Below are positions 26,790 to 36,464 of a stretch of DNA of 43,586 nucleotides, piece by piece. Both the position numbers and the translations under genes were made by a program. The stretch is from NCBI GenBank assembly GCA_027345185.1, contig DAHWIK010000022.1, positions 1 through 43,586 on the forward strand, read 5' to 3'. The notes under the pieces were generated by a model, which had not been told where the DNA came from, searched no databases, and was given only the letters and a program-made list of their open reading frames with translations. The DNA is from Candidatus Micrarchaeota archaeon. GTDB taxonomy: Archaea; Micrarchaeota; Micrarchaeia; Micrarchaeales; CABMGC01. How positions within the stretch are numbered: the stretch's first letter is position 1; every line of letters starts with the position of its first letter.

Positions 26790-26967
26790 AATTCTAATTG
26801 TGGTTCTATATTTATATACTTTTCTACTTTTATTAACTTATAATTTAAGATTAGTACAACTAAAATTAACTTCAAATTTAGAATTAGTTTGGTATGTCTG
26901 TGCTTCTACTCTGTTGCACCAATTCCGATTATGGCGTCAGACGCGGCTCGGGAACGGCTAGGAGACA

Positions 26968-27174
26968 GCTTCCTACGGAACCGAAATGCTGCTCGCATCG
27001 TTGGACAGGAAGGCAGTTTCCGCAGTGCTTGTCAATGATGACATAATAAACGATGAACGAGTCAAGCATGTGCTCGACAAGGCAGACAAGATGGGCATAA
27101 AGATAGAGATATTCAATTCGGATGACGATGCAGGACGGCAGCTGAAGAACTTCTCAGGCATAGCCGCAGTATAA
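26968..27174 (+). pseudogene. Duplicated pelota 3' fragment (direct repeat copy 2)
   Basis: Encodes ASYGTEMLLASLDRKAV...NFSGIAAV, nearly identical to the pelota C-terminus. Confidence 0.92.
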
Positions 27175-27176
27175 GG

Positions 27177-30100
27177 TCAGGCTACAGATCCGAAGCTTAC
27201 TGAAGGCATTATCCCGCTTGGCGGGTAGTCGCGGGTGAGAAGCCACTGGAGATTTGCTATTGTAGATGCTGCTGTGGATGAATATATGTAGAAACCTAAA
27301 TATCCAGAAGTTAATGCTGTTGTTGAAACAGTTTCGGTAGTTCCGTCAAATGTTGCCGATAATCCACTTGGAGTTTGAATAAAACTATCAATTGAGGTAT
27401 ATTGAGATACATAGTTTAAATTACCATCAGCAATTGTTGTGCTACCTTCAATAATGCCTGGAGCTTCATTAGCAAGATTAAGTATTCTTGCCCAATAATT
27501 TGTTCCGACACCTCCCGTATTTTGGCTTGTTGATGTGCTGCTATCCAAGACTAAGCCCCATTGCTCGTTACTATTTGTGTCTGTGCTGACGCCATAATAA
27601 GTTTCGTCAGCTTCAAGTATTACAGGGGATGAAGTCTGTGAGGTTGTAAGGATATAAAAAGGTGTGCCTGTTGTGGTTGCTGCTACGCTTAATCCATTAT
27701 TTTGTGTAAGTGTCACTCCAGATATAGTAGAAATACGGCTATCTAATGTAGTTCCAGCAAAATTATAATAATTACTGAACACGCTCGCACCGTTGTCGTA
27801 TTCTGCATATGTTGAGCTGAGCTGCGGGGCTTCGCCAGTAGGACCAGAAGCAGACATCACGCTTGATGACATGAAGTTCATGTACAACGTAAGTGTGTTG
27901 CTTCCATAAGTGCCAGATATGCTTACCGGTATGCTAAGCCATACATTTGTAGTAGTAGATGCGTTGTACGCGCCGCTCTCGATCCATGCCTGGACAGGCA
28001 CCCCGCCCTGATATGCTGGAGAGCCTATTGTGAATTCAATGTTTGACCACTGAGAATTTATATAGGCAGCATAAGTGCTGGTAGGTACGGTAATCAGCTC
28101 CTGAAAGCCAGAAGGCAGTTGATTCTGAGTTGGATTGGTTATTGTTATGGGGACATATGCTTGTCCAAGCGGCGGATTAAGTGGTGGTGGAGGAGTATAG
28201 GTATTGCTGCCTGTGCCGAAGCTCACTGAAGGCATCACCCCGTTTGGAGGGTAGGCGCGGGTGCGGACGTATTGGAAGGTAGTAGAACCTGCAATATCAT
28301 CAATAAATAAGTCTATATATGCACTTCCGATTGTTGGCTGGGTGCTGGTGCCTCCCTGTTGAGTAGTTATATAATTCCAAAATGCTTCGTTGCTTCCAGT
28401 AGCTTGCCAACTTCCGCTCACTATTCCGGGGGTTGTTATTGCTGTACCCACATAGCCGGTGGGTACACCGTTGCTGATAGTTCTTATCTTTAATTTGCCA
28501 CCATTATAACCAAATCCAACGGTATTGATATTGCCCCATCCATCAGAACCCGATGTGCCTAATGATACTGCCCACTGAATATTCTGGTCTGCGCCTCCAC
28601 CTGATGTAGTTTGCAATGCTTCTACTATCTGCCCAACAGGATTATAGGTAGAGGTTGAATAGACGTGTTCATAGTAGCCTGCACCTCCTGTTGTTATAGT
28701 TAGGGTTATGCCATTTGAAACGGTGTAGGAGCCACCTGTGCCAGCAAGTTGATTGTTAAATGTCGAGGGCAATGTTGTTCCAGCGAAGCTCCAGTACTTC
28801 GTAAATACGCTCGCCCCGTTGTCATACTGGGCGTATGTGCTGCTGAGCTGCGGAGCCTCTCCTGTGGGGCCTGATGCAGACATGACGTTTGCAGCCATCA
28901 TGTCCATGTATATCGTGAGGCTGCCCTGCGCAGGCAGGCCGTTAGGGAGGTTGACCCAGACATTGGTCGCTGAAGCAGTATTGCTGGGGTTGCTCTCCAC
29001 CCAAGCCTGCAGTATTGTTCCAGTTGCCGACTTTCCAGTTGTAAATTCCACATTTGACCATTGTGAGTTTATGTACTGCGAGTATGTGCTGGATGGCACT
29101 GTTATGAGCTGCTGGAAGGGCGCAGGAGTGGCGCTTGCCTGCGAGTTGGTCAGCGTTATCGGCACATAGTAAAGTACCATCGTGTTGGTTGGGGTGAGAG
29201 CGCCCACTGTAGATGTCGTTTGGGCGTATGCCCTAGCGCGCATCCAGTTTATGTTTTCGTTCCACGGATAGCTTGATAAAGTGTCGCCAATCAAACCGAG
29301 ATACAAGTTTGTGGATGAGGAGAGGGGATTGACAGAGGGAGTGCCAGAATATCCTCCCGAGTATAGCTGCGGAGATATGTATCCAGTGTATGATGAAGCA
29401 TCACTGCCAAAATAAGTAGTGCTGCCATAATTCCAATTTGTGTTTGCAGTACCCTGCGGATTAAGATTGACACTGTGAGTTCCTCCTGAAAGATAGTCAT
29501 TAGTGAAATAGGTGGAGCCGAAACCCATATCTACAGATTGGGCATTGGTAATGCTGGTCGCTGTCGGATTGTTTACAATAGAAACATAACCCATATCCGA
29601 AGGGTTGTTCAAGTTCTGTGCATTGGTTTCTGCAATAATGGCCTCATTGGGCATTGCAGTAGCAAAAGACATTCCGTACCAAGAAACTGAACCGTATCCT
29701 GCAATGTTTATCGCAGATACGGTGCCAGACGCCGAACCAGGATAGGGAACACCTGTTGATTGTGATATTGTTATCCCGGAAGGTGCATTAAAGTTTGATA
29801 GGGAGGTGTCCCCATTGAAGTAAGATAAAAATACCAACGCGCCGTTGTCGTATTGGCCGTACGTTGGGCTGAGCTGCGGGGCCTCACCCGTATAGCTTGT
29901 GGTTGAAGACATAATGTTTGATGGCATAAAGTTCATGTACACAGTTACCGAACTGCTTGCAGGTATGGCTTTGGTCAGTTTGAGCCATACTACGGTAGAT
30001 GTGGCGGTGTTGGATGCGCCGCTCTCAACCCAAGCGTATATAGGGGTGCCTCCCGAGTATGCCGGTGAGTTGTAGGTGAACTCAACGTTCTGCCAACCGG

Positions 30101-30812
30101 AGTTTATCTCGTTTGCGCCATCATATGAAAAGCTCGGTATTGTTACCATAGCCTGGTACGGCGTTGGTGTCGGCGAGGTTCCGGAATTTGATATTGTTAT
30201 AGGAACGTAGTATGCAGGTACTGTTGTGGTTGACATGGAAGTCGGCGGAGGGCTTGCCGAGACTGTTGTTGCTGGCTGCTGGTTTGCATATATTATGAAT
30301 GTGCCCGTATAGTGCTCGGTCAGGAAACCACACTGGGCTGAAAATTTGCTTACTCCTGAGTTGCATGACTGAACGAATACGACGAATTGCCCCACGACCT
30401 CCTTCCCCACATGCACTGCGCCGTTGGGTATTGCTGCAGAGCATAGGGTGTTTCCCCCGGGGAAGACTATTGTATTTCCTGCAGGATAGGCGGTGTCATT
30501 GGTGCATGTGCCGTAGATCGGCGGACCGCTTACACCGCTTATAATCACATTCACACCGATCACATTGGCTGGCGAGCTTCCTGAATTTGACAGGTATATG
30601 AAGACGTTTGCGGTGTTGGTAATGGTGTTGGAATAGTATTGTATGTTGTAGCAGTCTATGCTTCCGTATGCGTTGCATGTAGATGGCTCTATCTGGGATG
30701 TCGGGGTGGCGAAATAGAATATTGTGATAAGCACTATTGCAGCCAAGGCTATCATGAATCCATAAGTGGTAAGCATCTCGAGCGCTGATTGAAGCCTTTT
30801 ATTGCTATTCAT
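27177..30812 (-). CDS. Large pilin-type (class III signal peptide) surface adhesin with three DUF2341-like repeats
   Basis: MNSNKRLQSALEMLTTYG plus a hydrophobic helix; three units YVPIT...W.N.EFT...AW.ES...GEAPQLS.TY..YDNGA.VF...R.Y; Ser/Thr rich. Confidence 0.85.
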   Translation of the reverse strand: MNSNKRLQSALEMLTTYGFMIALAAIVLITIFYFATPTSQIEPSTCNAYGSIDCYNIQYYSNTITNTANVFIYLSNSGSSPANVIGVNVIISGVSGPPIYGTCTNDTAYPAGNTIVFPGGNTLCSAAIPNGAVHVGKEVVGQFVVFVQSCNSGVSKFSAQCGFLTEHYTGTFIIYANQQPATTVSASPPPTSMSTTTVPAYYVPITISNSGTSPTPTPYQAMVTIPSFSYDGANEINSGWQNVEFTYNSPAYSGGTPIYAWVESGASNTATSTVVWLKLTKAIPASSSVTVYMNFMPSNIMSSTTSYTGEAPQLSPTYGQYDNGALVFLSYFNGDTSLSNFNAPSGITISQSTGVPYPGSASGTVSAINIAGYGSVSWYGMSFATAMPNEAIIAETNAQNLNNPSDMGYVSIVNNPTATSITNAQSVDMGFGSTYFTNDYLSGGTHSVNLNPQGTANTNWNYGSTTYFGSDASSYTGYISPQLYSGGYSGTPSVNPLSSSTNLYLGLIGDTLSSYPWNENINWMRARAYAQTTSTVGALTPTNTMVLYYVPITLTNSQASATPAPFQQLITVPSSTYSQYINSQWSNVEFTTGKSATGTILQAWVESNPSNTASATNVWVNLPNGLPAQGSLTIYMDMMAANVMSASGPTGEAPQLSSTYAQYDNGASVFTKYWSFAGTTLPSTFNNQLAGTGGSYTVSNGITLTITTGGAGYYEHVYSTSTYNPVGQIVEALQTTSGGGADQNIQWAVSLGTSGSDGWGNINTVGFGYNGGKLKIRTISNGVPTGYVGTAITTPGIVSGSWQATGSNEAFWNYITTQQGGTSTQPTIGSAYIDLFIDDIAGSTTFQYVRTRAYPPNGVMPSVSFGTGSNTYTPPPPLNPPLGQAYVPITITNPTQNQLPSGFQELITVPTSTYAAYINSQWSNIEFTIGSPAYQGGVPVQAWIESGAYNASTTTNVWLSIPVSISGTYGSNTLTLYMNFMSSSVMSASGPTGEAPQLSSTYAEYDNGASVFSNYYNFAGTTLDSRISTISGVTLTQNNGLSVAATTTGTPFYILTTSQTSSPVILEADETYYGVSTDTNSNEQWGLVLDSSTSTSQNTGGVGTNYWARILNLANEAPGIIEGSTTIADGNLNYVSQYTSIDSFIQTPSGLSATFDGTTETVSTTALTSGYLGFYIYSSTAASTIANLQWLLTRDYPPSGIMPSVSFGSVA

Positions 30813-30863
30813 CCAATTAGCCACTATATAATGGACGGGATTAAATTTAATTAAGTTGCGTGT

Positions 30864-31664
30864 ATGTACAACTTTGTCGGATTGCGAAGCAAAAAGAGGC
30901 TTGGTCAGGTATTCCTTGTTAACGAAAAGGTGGCGAGCATTGAGGCAGCACACGCCACTGGAAAGACTGTCCTTGAGATAGGACCTGGACCTGGAATCCT
31001 TACACGCGCGCTGTGCAATGAGGCAAGGAAGGTCATTGCAGTTGAAAAGGACTTCAGGATCTACAGCATGCTTAAGCATGAACGGATAGCAAGGAACCTT
31101 GTGCTTATAAACAAGGACTTCCTTGATGCCACAGACTCTGAGATAGGCCTGAACAAGATAGACATAGTCATAGCGAACATACCGTATTACCTGTCAAGCA
31201 GCGTCATAGGATGGCTTTCAGAGAAGCACATGCAGGCCGTGCTATGCCTGCAGAAGGAGTTCGTCGAGCATATGCTTGCACCTCCCAACACGCGCAGCTA
31301 CTCAAAGCTTAGCGTTATCACGGCCCTGCTTTTCAGGGTCACAAAGATAATAAGCGTGCCTAAGGGAAACTTCAGGCCCATGCCCAAAGTCGACTCTGTA
31401 GTAATATATATTAAGCCCATAAGGGAACCGCTGGCTGAAAGGGAAGCAGAGCTTATAGGGCTGATCATGCAGCACAAAAAGAAGACTGTCAGGAACGCCA
31501 TAATTGACTCCAGGTCTCGATTTAATTTTGGCAGGGATGAGCTGGCCAGGATTGCGGAGAAGGTATCGCATAGCGAGCAGCGGGTGTTCAAGCTGGAGCC
31601 TGCGGAGATATTCAAGATCGCAAAAGAGCTTGAATCATTTCTAGATAACTACAATAAATATTAG
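30864..31664 (+). CDS. rsmA: 16S rRNA adenine dimethyltransferase KsgA/Dim1
   Basis: LGQVFL, VLEIGPGPG, IANIPYYLSS, QKEF and FRPMPKVDS. Confidence 0.96.
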   Translation: MYNFVGLRSKKRLGQVFLVNEKVASIEAAHATGKTVLEIGPGPGILTRALCNEARKVIAVEKDFRIYSMLKHERIARNLVLINKDFLDATDSEIGLNKIDIVIANIPYYLSSSVIGWLSEKHMQAVLCLQKEFVEHMLAPPNTRSYSKLSVITALLFRVTKIISVPKGNFRPMPKVDSVVIYIKPIREPLAEREAELIGLIMQHKKKTVRNAIIDSRSRFNFGRDELARIAEKVSHSEQRVFKLEPAEIFKIAKELESFLDNYNKY

Positions 31665-31672
31665 TCCTAGTT

Positions 31673-32437
31673 TCAAGATTGCTTGATTGCACCTATCACA
31701 TATTCCCCTATTGCTTTAAAATCAGGTACGGTCTTCATCAGGACCGATAATTCGCTGTCCCACACATCTTTCAGCGATTTGACATTTCTTACGAATTCGG
31801 ACTTCGAGAATTTTTTATTATGATATTCCAGCTTTTTATTTATATATTCGGCATTGATTGATGCGCCCTTATGCAAGAGAAAGTAGAGGTCATACAGGTC
31901 TCTTGCCTTTTGCCTAGTAAGAATGGTGCGCATTTTCTCGGCAAGCATCTCGTCAAGGGACATGACGTTTGAAAAATACGGACTTATGTCTTTGAATATT
32001 GGGGTGATGAGCAAAACGTCCGGCTTCTTGATTATTTCCTCCCTGGTGCTTATCTCAACCAGTATTGTTTGTGTGGATTGGGGCCTCACGAATAGAGGGC
32101 CTTCGATTTTGAGCTTGTACGTTACGCAGATGTCCTTTATCTCTTTTTTATATTCAGACCTGTAGAAACTATTTATACCATTAAGACCACGCTCTATGCG
32201 TTCAAATACGCCGCTGCCGGCCTCCTTAATCTGATCTGAATTGGCGGTAAAGTCCAAGTCCTCTGAGAATCTGTTCAGAGCGTATGCCTTCTGGAGAGCA
32301 GTACCTCCCTTGAAAACAAGTTCGCTTGATACATTGGCATATATTTGGAACAAAACTATGTGCTGCAGGTAGTCCTTCTCTACCTGATATCTGTTGTACT
32401 GACCCACATACTCCAATATCTCGTCTCTTCTAAGCAT
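31673..32437 (-). CDS. AbiEii-family nucleotidyltransferase toxin
   Basis: EKDY, FKGGTAL, RFSEDLDF, AEK and RDLYDL. Confidence 0.92.
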   Translation of the reverse strand: MLRRDEILEYVGQYNRYQVEKDYLQHIVLFQIYANVSSELVFKGGTALQKAYALNRFSEDLDFTANSDQIKEAGSGVFERIERGLNGINSFYRSEYKKEIKDICVTYKLKIEGPLFVRPQSTQTILVEISTREEIIKKPDVLLITPIFKDISPYFSNVMSLDEMLAEKMRTILTRQKARDLYDLYFLLHKGASINAEYINKKLEYHNKKFSKSEFVRNVKSLKDVWDSELSVLMKTVPDFKAIGEYVIGAIKQS

Positions 32438-33101
32438 GTTTTACCCTCCATTTTGTATTTATTTTTTTTCCTGGTGAAATAACTGCGTATCGCGATGACC
32501 GGTGTGTGATGAGGCTACTTGCATCAAAGCCGGAAGATTCAAGCAAAAAACCAAGCTTGTTTATCAGGATCTTGGAATCCATGTTTATAGCATAGCTCTT
32601 AAGCTTTTCGATATCTGCATCTTCGATATTCTTGAAAGCCTCGGCAACATAAGAGTAATCCAAACCTTCATACAAGGAGTCTATGATGGCCTTCTCTGGG
32701 CATGCTACGTTGGCGCCATCGTCATTTTTATAACCGAAAACACGGTTCCTAGAAAATTTTATGAATTTTATTGAATATCCGTCAAAATTGATCACTTTGT
32801 GCTGCCTCGTGGCTACCACGTATACGACATTGGGCATCTGCGTGACAAGGTTATAATAACGGAGTGCGGATAGAAGACTTACGTATGACGGGTATATTAT
32901 ATTTGATGCAATGACGTAGATGCTTGCCTCCTTGAGGCAGTACTTGCCGCGCTCTATGCGCTTAAACATCTTATTTTTTGATAATAACAGGGAGAGGTAT
33001 TTTCTTGGTTTGCCAGTAATTTTGGCAATATCTTTTAGAGTGAACACGCTTTTGTTATAATTTTGCAGTATCTCTGCAATTTCCAAGCCCCTCATGAACA
33101 T
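32430..33101 (-). CDS. AbiEi-family antitoxin / transcriptional regulator
   Basis: N-terminal wHTH (RIERGKY), SYVSLLSALRYY and PEKAIIDSL; overlaps the toxin start. Confidence 0.88.
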   Translation of the reverse strand: MFMRGLEIAEILQNYNKSVFTLKDIAKITGKPRKYLSLLLSKNKMFKRIERGKYCLKEASIYVIASNIIYPSYVSLLSALRYYNLVTQMPNVVYVVATRQHKVINFDGYSIKFIKFSRNRVFGYKNDDGANVACPEKAIIDSLYEGLDYSYVAEAFKNIEDADIEKLKSYAINMDSKILINKLGFLLESSGFDASSLITHRSSRYAVISPGKKINTKWRVKHA

Positions 33102-33115
33102 ATTTGTAACAAATA

Positions 33116-33153
33116 TATATTTAAATCTATACTCTTATATAGATTTAAATATA
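33116..33153. promoter_or_regulatory. Perfect 16-bp inverted repeat, probable AbiEi operator
   Basis: tatatttaaatctata-N6-tatagatttaaatata directly upstream of abiEi. Confidence 0.7.
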
Positions 33154-33242
33154 CAAAAGTATAAATTAAGCAACAGCTGGCCTGGATGTGCGCTTGTCTG
33201 GATTGGACCGGACAAAAATTTCAAATGGCGTTTGGGATCAAT

Positions 33243-33902
33243 TTACTGAAATGAGTACTTGGGTTCGCCAGCCTCCTTGAGGATTATGCCGTTCTTGACG
33301 TTTTTCAGGAATTTCTCCTCGGCCTCCTTTGATCCCTCCTTTCCAAGAAGCGCCCTGTAGTGCATTGGCGCGATCTTCTCTGCCTTAATTGATTTTGACG
33401 CAGATATAACTTCGTCAACGTCCATAACGTACGTGCCTCCCATTGGAAGTAGGGCAAGGCCCGTAACTATTTTGCCCATCTCTTTTATAAGGTCGGTGTC
33501 GCCTGCATGATATACCTTAGTGCCATTTATGTCAAGCACATAGCCCACCCACCCGTTCTCCTTTGGATGATAGTGTATCCTGTTCTCCACGATATTGTAT
33601 GCTGGGACGGTATCGAAATCGACTCCGTTGAAGGAATAGTGCTTGTTCGGTTCGACGCCCACAATATCACCAACAGGAACTTTGTCAACGCTGTCTTTTG
33701 GGACGAATATCCTTGTCTTTTGCCCTGCTATTAGCTTTATATCTACGGCGCTGAGATGGTCGAAATGCGGGTGCGTTATCAGTATGACGTCTGCATGTTC
33801 CTTTGTGTCTCTTACATTGAATGGATCTATGTAGACGTTCTTTCCATTGAGAGTAAGGAGAAAGCTTGCGTGACCTAGCCATTTTACAAAACTCAAATCC
33901 AT
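33243..33902 (-). CDS. Metallo-beta-lactamase-fold hydrolase
   Basis: WLGHASF, THPHFDH, YHAGDT and PMHY. Confidence 0.92.
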   Translation of the reverse strand: MDLSFVKWLGHASFLLTLNGKNVYIDPFNVRDTKEHADVILITHPHFDHLSAVDIKLIAGQKTRIFVPKDSVDKVPVGDIVGVEPNKHYSFNGVDFDTVPAYNIVENRIHYHPKENGWVGYVLDINGTKVYHAGDTDLIKEMGKIVTGLALLPMGGTYVMDVDEVISASKSIKAEKIAPMHYRALLGKEGSKEAEEKFLKNVKNGIILKEAGEPKYSFQ

Positions 33903-33927
33903 AGTTATGAATTGGCATTATGTCTTT

Positions 33928-36348
33928 TTATCCTTTTCCAGTTTTTGGTTTTATCTTTGTTATGGCGGCTTTTCCAAGGCTGACCTTTAAGACATCGCAT
34001 ATTATGAAGAATACAAATGCTGTTGCCAATATGAAAGCTATGAGGCCAGGATTTACTGCGTGTGTGAGGATTCCGAGATATGATATCGTAAGCGCAACTA
34101 TAACGCTTGCAGTAGAAGAAACAATTAATGGCAGGCTTGGCGCAGATTTAAAGAACCAGCTTTTTTCCCTGGCACTGAACACGGTAAACTGTTCGCTCAC
34201 ATTCAGCATTAGGAACCCTGCAGTCTCCAACTCCGGCACAGTTGCGTGGAAGATCCCAAGACCTACTGGAACAAGCAATACGGCTTCCACAACCAAAGGC
34301 ATGGCGAATACCGCTGCTGATTTGAATATTCCTCTTATGTTCCATAAGTCGGGATTTATCGAATAGTGGGCGTTGTCTGTTGCAATGGCAAGATTGACTA
34401 TGTCGTTGGTAAAGATAAGCATTATCAGAAGCAGAGCGGTTATTGGTATGAACCCGTATGCTATGAAAATTATAAATATAAATGAGAGTATCTGCATTAC
34501 CCTTGCGACCTTGACTGTAGTGTATGTAAGCATTCTCTGGAAAATCATCCTGCTTTCCTTTACCGCGTCGACTATCACCCGTATTCCGCTCTGAGTAAGC
34601 ACCATCGTTGCCGAATTTTTTGCTACGTCTGTGGCATTTTCTACAGCTATTCCAACCTCTGCCTGCTTCAGCGCCGGTGCATCATTCACGCCGTCGCCGG
34701 TCATTCCGACAACATAGCCATTATCCTGAAGCGCCTTTACAAGGTTGTACTTGTCTTCTGGGTATACTCCTGCGAATCCGTCTGCAGCAATGGCCTCTTT
34801 TATGCCTTCCTTACCGTTGACTAGGTTTATTTTGCCCATATCAACTATCTTGCTTCCGATGCCAACCTCTTTGGCTATTTCGGTTGCAACTGGAACATTG
34901 TCACCGGTTATCATCTTTATTGATATTCCAAGACTGAGCAGATCGCTTATAAGGCTTGCAGAGTCTTTTCTTGGCCGGTCATAAAGAGCTATTATACCTT
35001 TTACTTCCCATTTTCCTTTCTGGTTGGTCGCAGCAACTGCCAGTGTCCTATATCCGTTTTTGGAGAACCTCGATACTGATGTGTTTAGTTTCCTTAGCTC
35101 CTCGCTGCTCGGATGACATATGCCAAATATGACTGCTGGTGCACCTTTGGCCACTTTGTAAGTGGATTTTCCTTGCATGATAACTGCCTCTGTCCTTTTT
35201 ATGGAAGGATCAAATGGCGTAAAGCGCACCTGCGCGCCTAAGCCAATGTGCATTGACTTGGCATGGTCAAGTATCGCATTGTCTATGGGGTCATTGTCCT
35301 CATGCCTTGACGCCTCGGCGGCGTATCTGATTACATCATTGGCTTTGCATCCAGTTCCCAGAATATCCTTGACGGTTATGTTGTTCTCCGTTATAGTGCC
35401 AGTCTTGTCCATGCACAATAGATCCATTATGGCAATCTCTTCTATTGCAGAAAGTTTTGTTACAAGCACGAATTTTTTGGCGAGCTTTTCAGTGCCCAGG
35501 GCAAACGATACTGTAAATGCTGCTGGAAGGGCCACTGGAACTGATGCAACGAACACCACAAGGAGAAAGACGACCAGGTTGCCCAAAGGCATGTGGATCG
35601 ATGCAATTCCGTATAGGAAGAGCGCGATTATTACTGCAATGTCAATGCCTATCAGATACTTTACAACACCGAATATCTCAGACTGGAGATGGGATTTCGA
35701 CTTTGCATACTGCACGAGCTTTGCGGTCTTGCCGTACAGGGAGCTGTATCCTGTTGCATATACAAGACAGGTAGCCTCGCCTTTCCTTATTATCGTGCCG
35801 CTGTATATGACGTCTCCGATTTTCTTTATGGACGGAAGTGACTCTCCGGTAACAACTGATTGATCTGCTTCGATCTCACTTCCAGATATTACCTTTGAAT
35901 CTGCAGGGACTATGTCTCCTGCGCGAACCCGTATTATATCACCTCGGACCAGCATCCTTGAGGGGATTAGCTTCCACTCGGATGACCTGAGCACCTTGGA
36001 ATTGATTGAAAGCCGACTCTTCAACAGCTCAATTGATCTGTCAGCCTTGTACTCCTCTGCAAAGCTCACTATGGCATTGAAAACAAGGAGGGCGGATATT
36101 ACATACATATCCTGAAGATTGCCAATCAGGTAAGTTATGATTATTATAAGCCACAATATCATCGGTATAGGACCATAGAACTTGCTGATGAACTTCAGGA
36201 TATTGCTCTTCTTTCTTTCCTTTATCTCATTATTTCCGTATTTGCTTATTCGCCTTGCGGCTTCTGCTTCGGATATTCCAGATAGTGATGACTCAGTATG
36301 CTTGAGGGCGTATTCTATTGTATAATCTTCAAACGGGTCCTTAGGCAT
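33928..36348 (-). CDS. P-type (P3A) proton-efflux ATPase
   Basis: TGES, VPVALPA, DKTGT, KGAP, MITGD and GDGVNDAPALK; conserved ND in TM6 (IFTNDI). Confidence 0.9.
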   Translation of the reverse strand: MPKDPFEDYTIEYALKHTESSLSGISEAEAARRISKYGNNEIKERKKSNILKFISKFYGPIPMILWLIIIITYLIGNLQDMYVISALLVFNAIVSFAEEYKADRSIELLKSRLSINSKVLRSSEWKLIPSRMLVRGDIIRVRAGDIVPADSKVISGSEIEADQSVVTGESLPSIKKIGDVIYSGTIIRKGEATCLVYATGYSSLYGKTAKLVQYAKSKSHLQSEIFGVVKYLIGIDIAVIIALFLYGIASIHMPLGNLVVFLLVVFVASVPVALPAAFTVSFALGTEKLAKKFVLVTKLSAIEEIAIMDLLCMDKTGTITENNITVKDILGTGCKANDVIRYAAEASRHEDNDPIDNAILDHAKSMHIGLGAQVRFTPFDPSIKRTEAVIMQGKSTYKVAKGAPAVIFGICHPSSEELRKLNTSVSRFSKNGYRTLAVAATNQKGKWEVKGIIALYDRPRKDSASLISDLLSLGISIKMITGDNVPVATEIAKEVGIGSKIVDMGKINLVNGKEGIKEAIAADGFAGVYPEDKYNLVKALQDNGYVVGMTGDGVNDAPALKQAEVGIAVENATDVAKNSATMVLTQSGIRVIVDAVKESRMIFQRMLTYTTVKVARVMQILSFIFIIFIAYGFIPITALLLIMLIFTNDIVNLAIATDNAHYSINPDLWNIRGIFKSAAVFAMPLVVEAVLLVPVGLGIFHATVPELETAGFLMLNVSEQFTVFSAREKSWFFKSAPSLPLIVSSTASVIVALTISYLGILTHAVNPGLIAFILATAFVFFIICDVLKVSLGKAAITKIKPKTGKG

Positions 36349-36464
36349 TCAAAACTCCCCAGTATGAGTTTATATATTGGGCCGAATTGCTTTATATACT
36401 GTGTATGAAGATTAGGTGGCTTGATTGCTTAATGGTATTTAAACTTTAATGGATAGAGTAATCC

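Noticed and set aside
30813-31079. N-terminal 89 aa of the 1300-aa ORF
   Set aside because: It is antisense to rsmA; the class III signal peptide marks the real start at 30812.
33194-33216. Small hairpin ttgtctgg/ccggacaa
   Set aside because: Too short to assign; it may be a terminator or chance.
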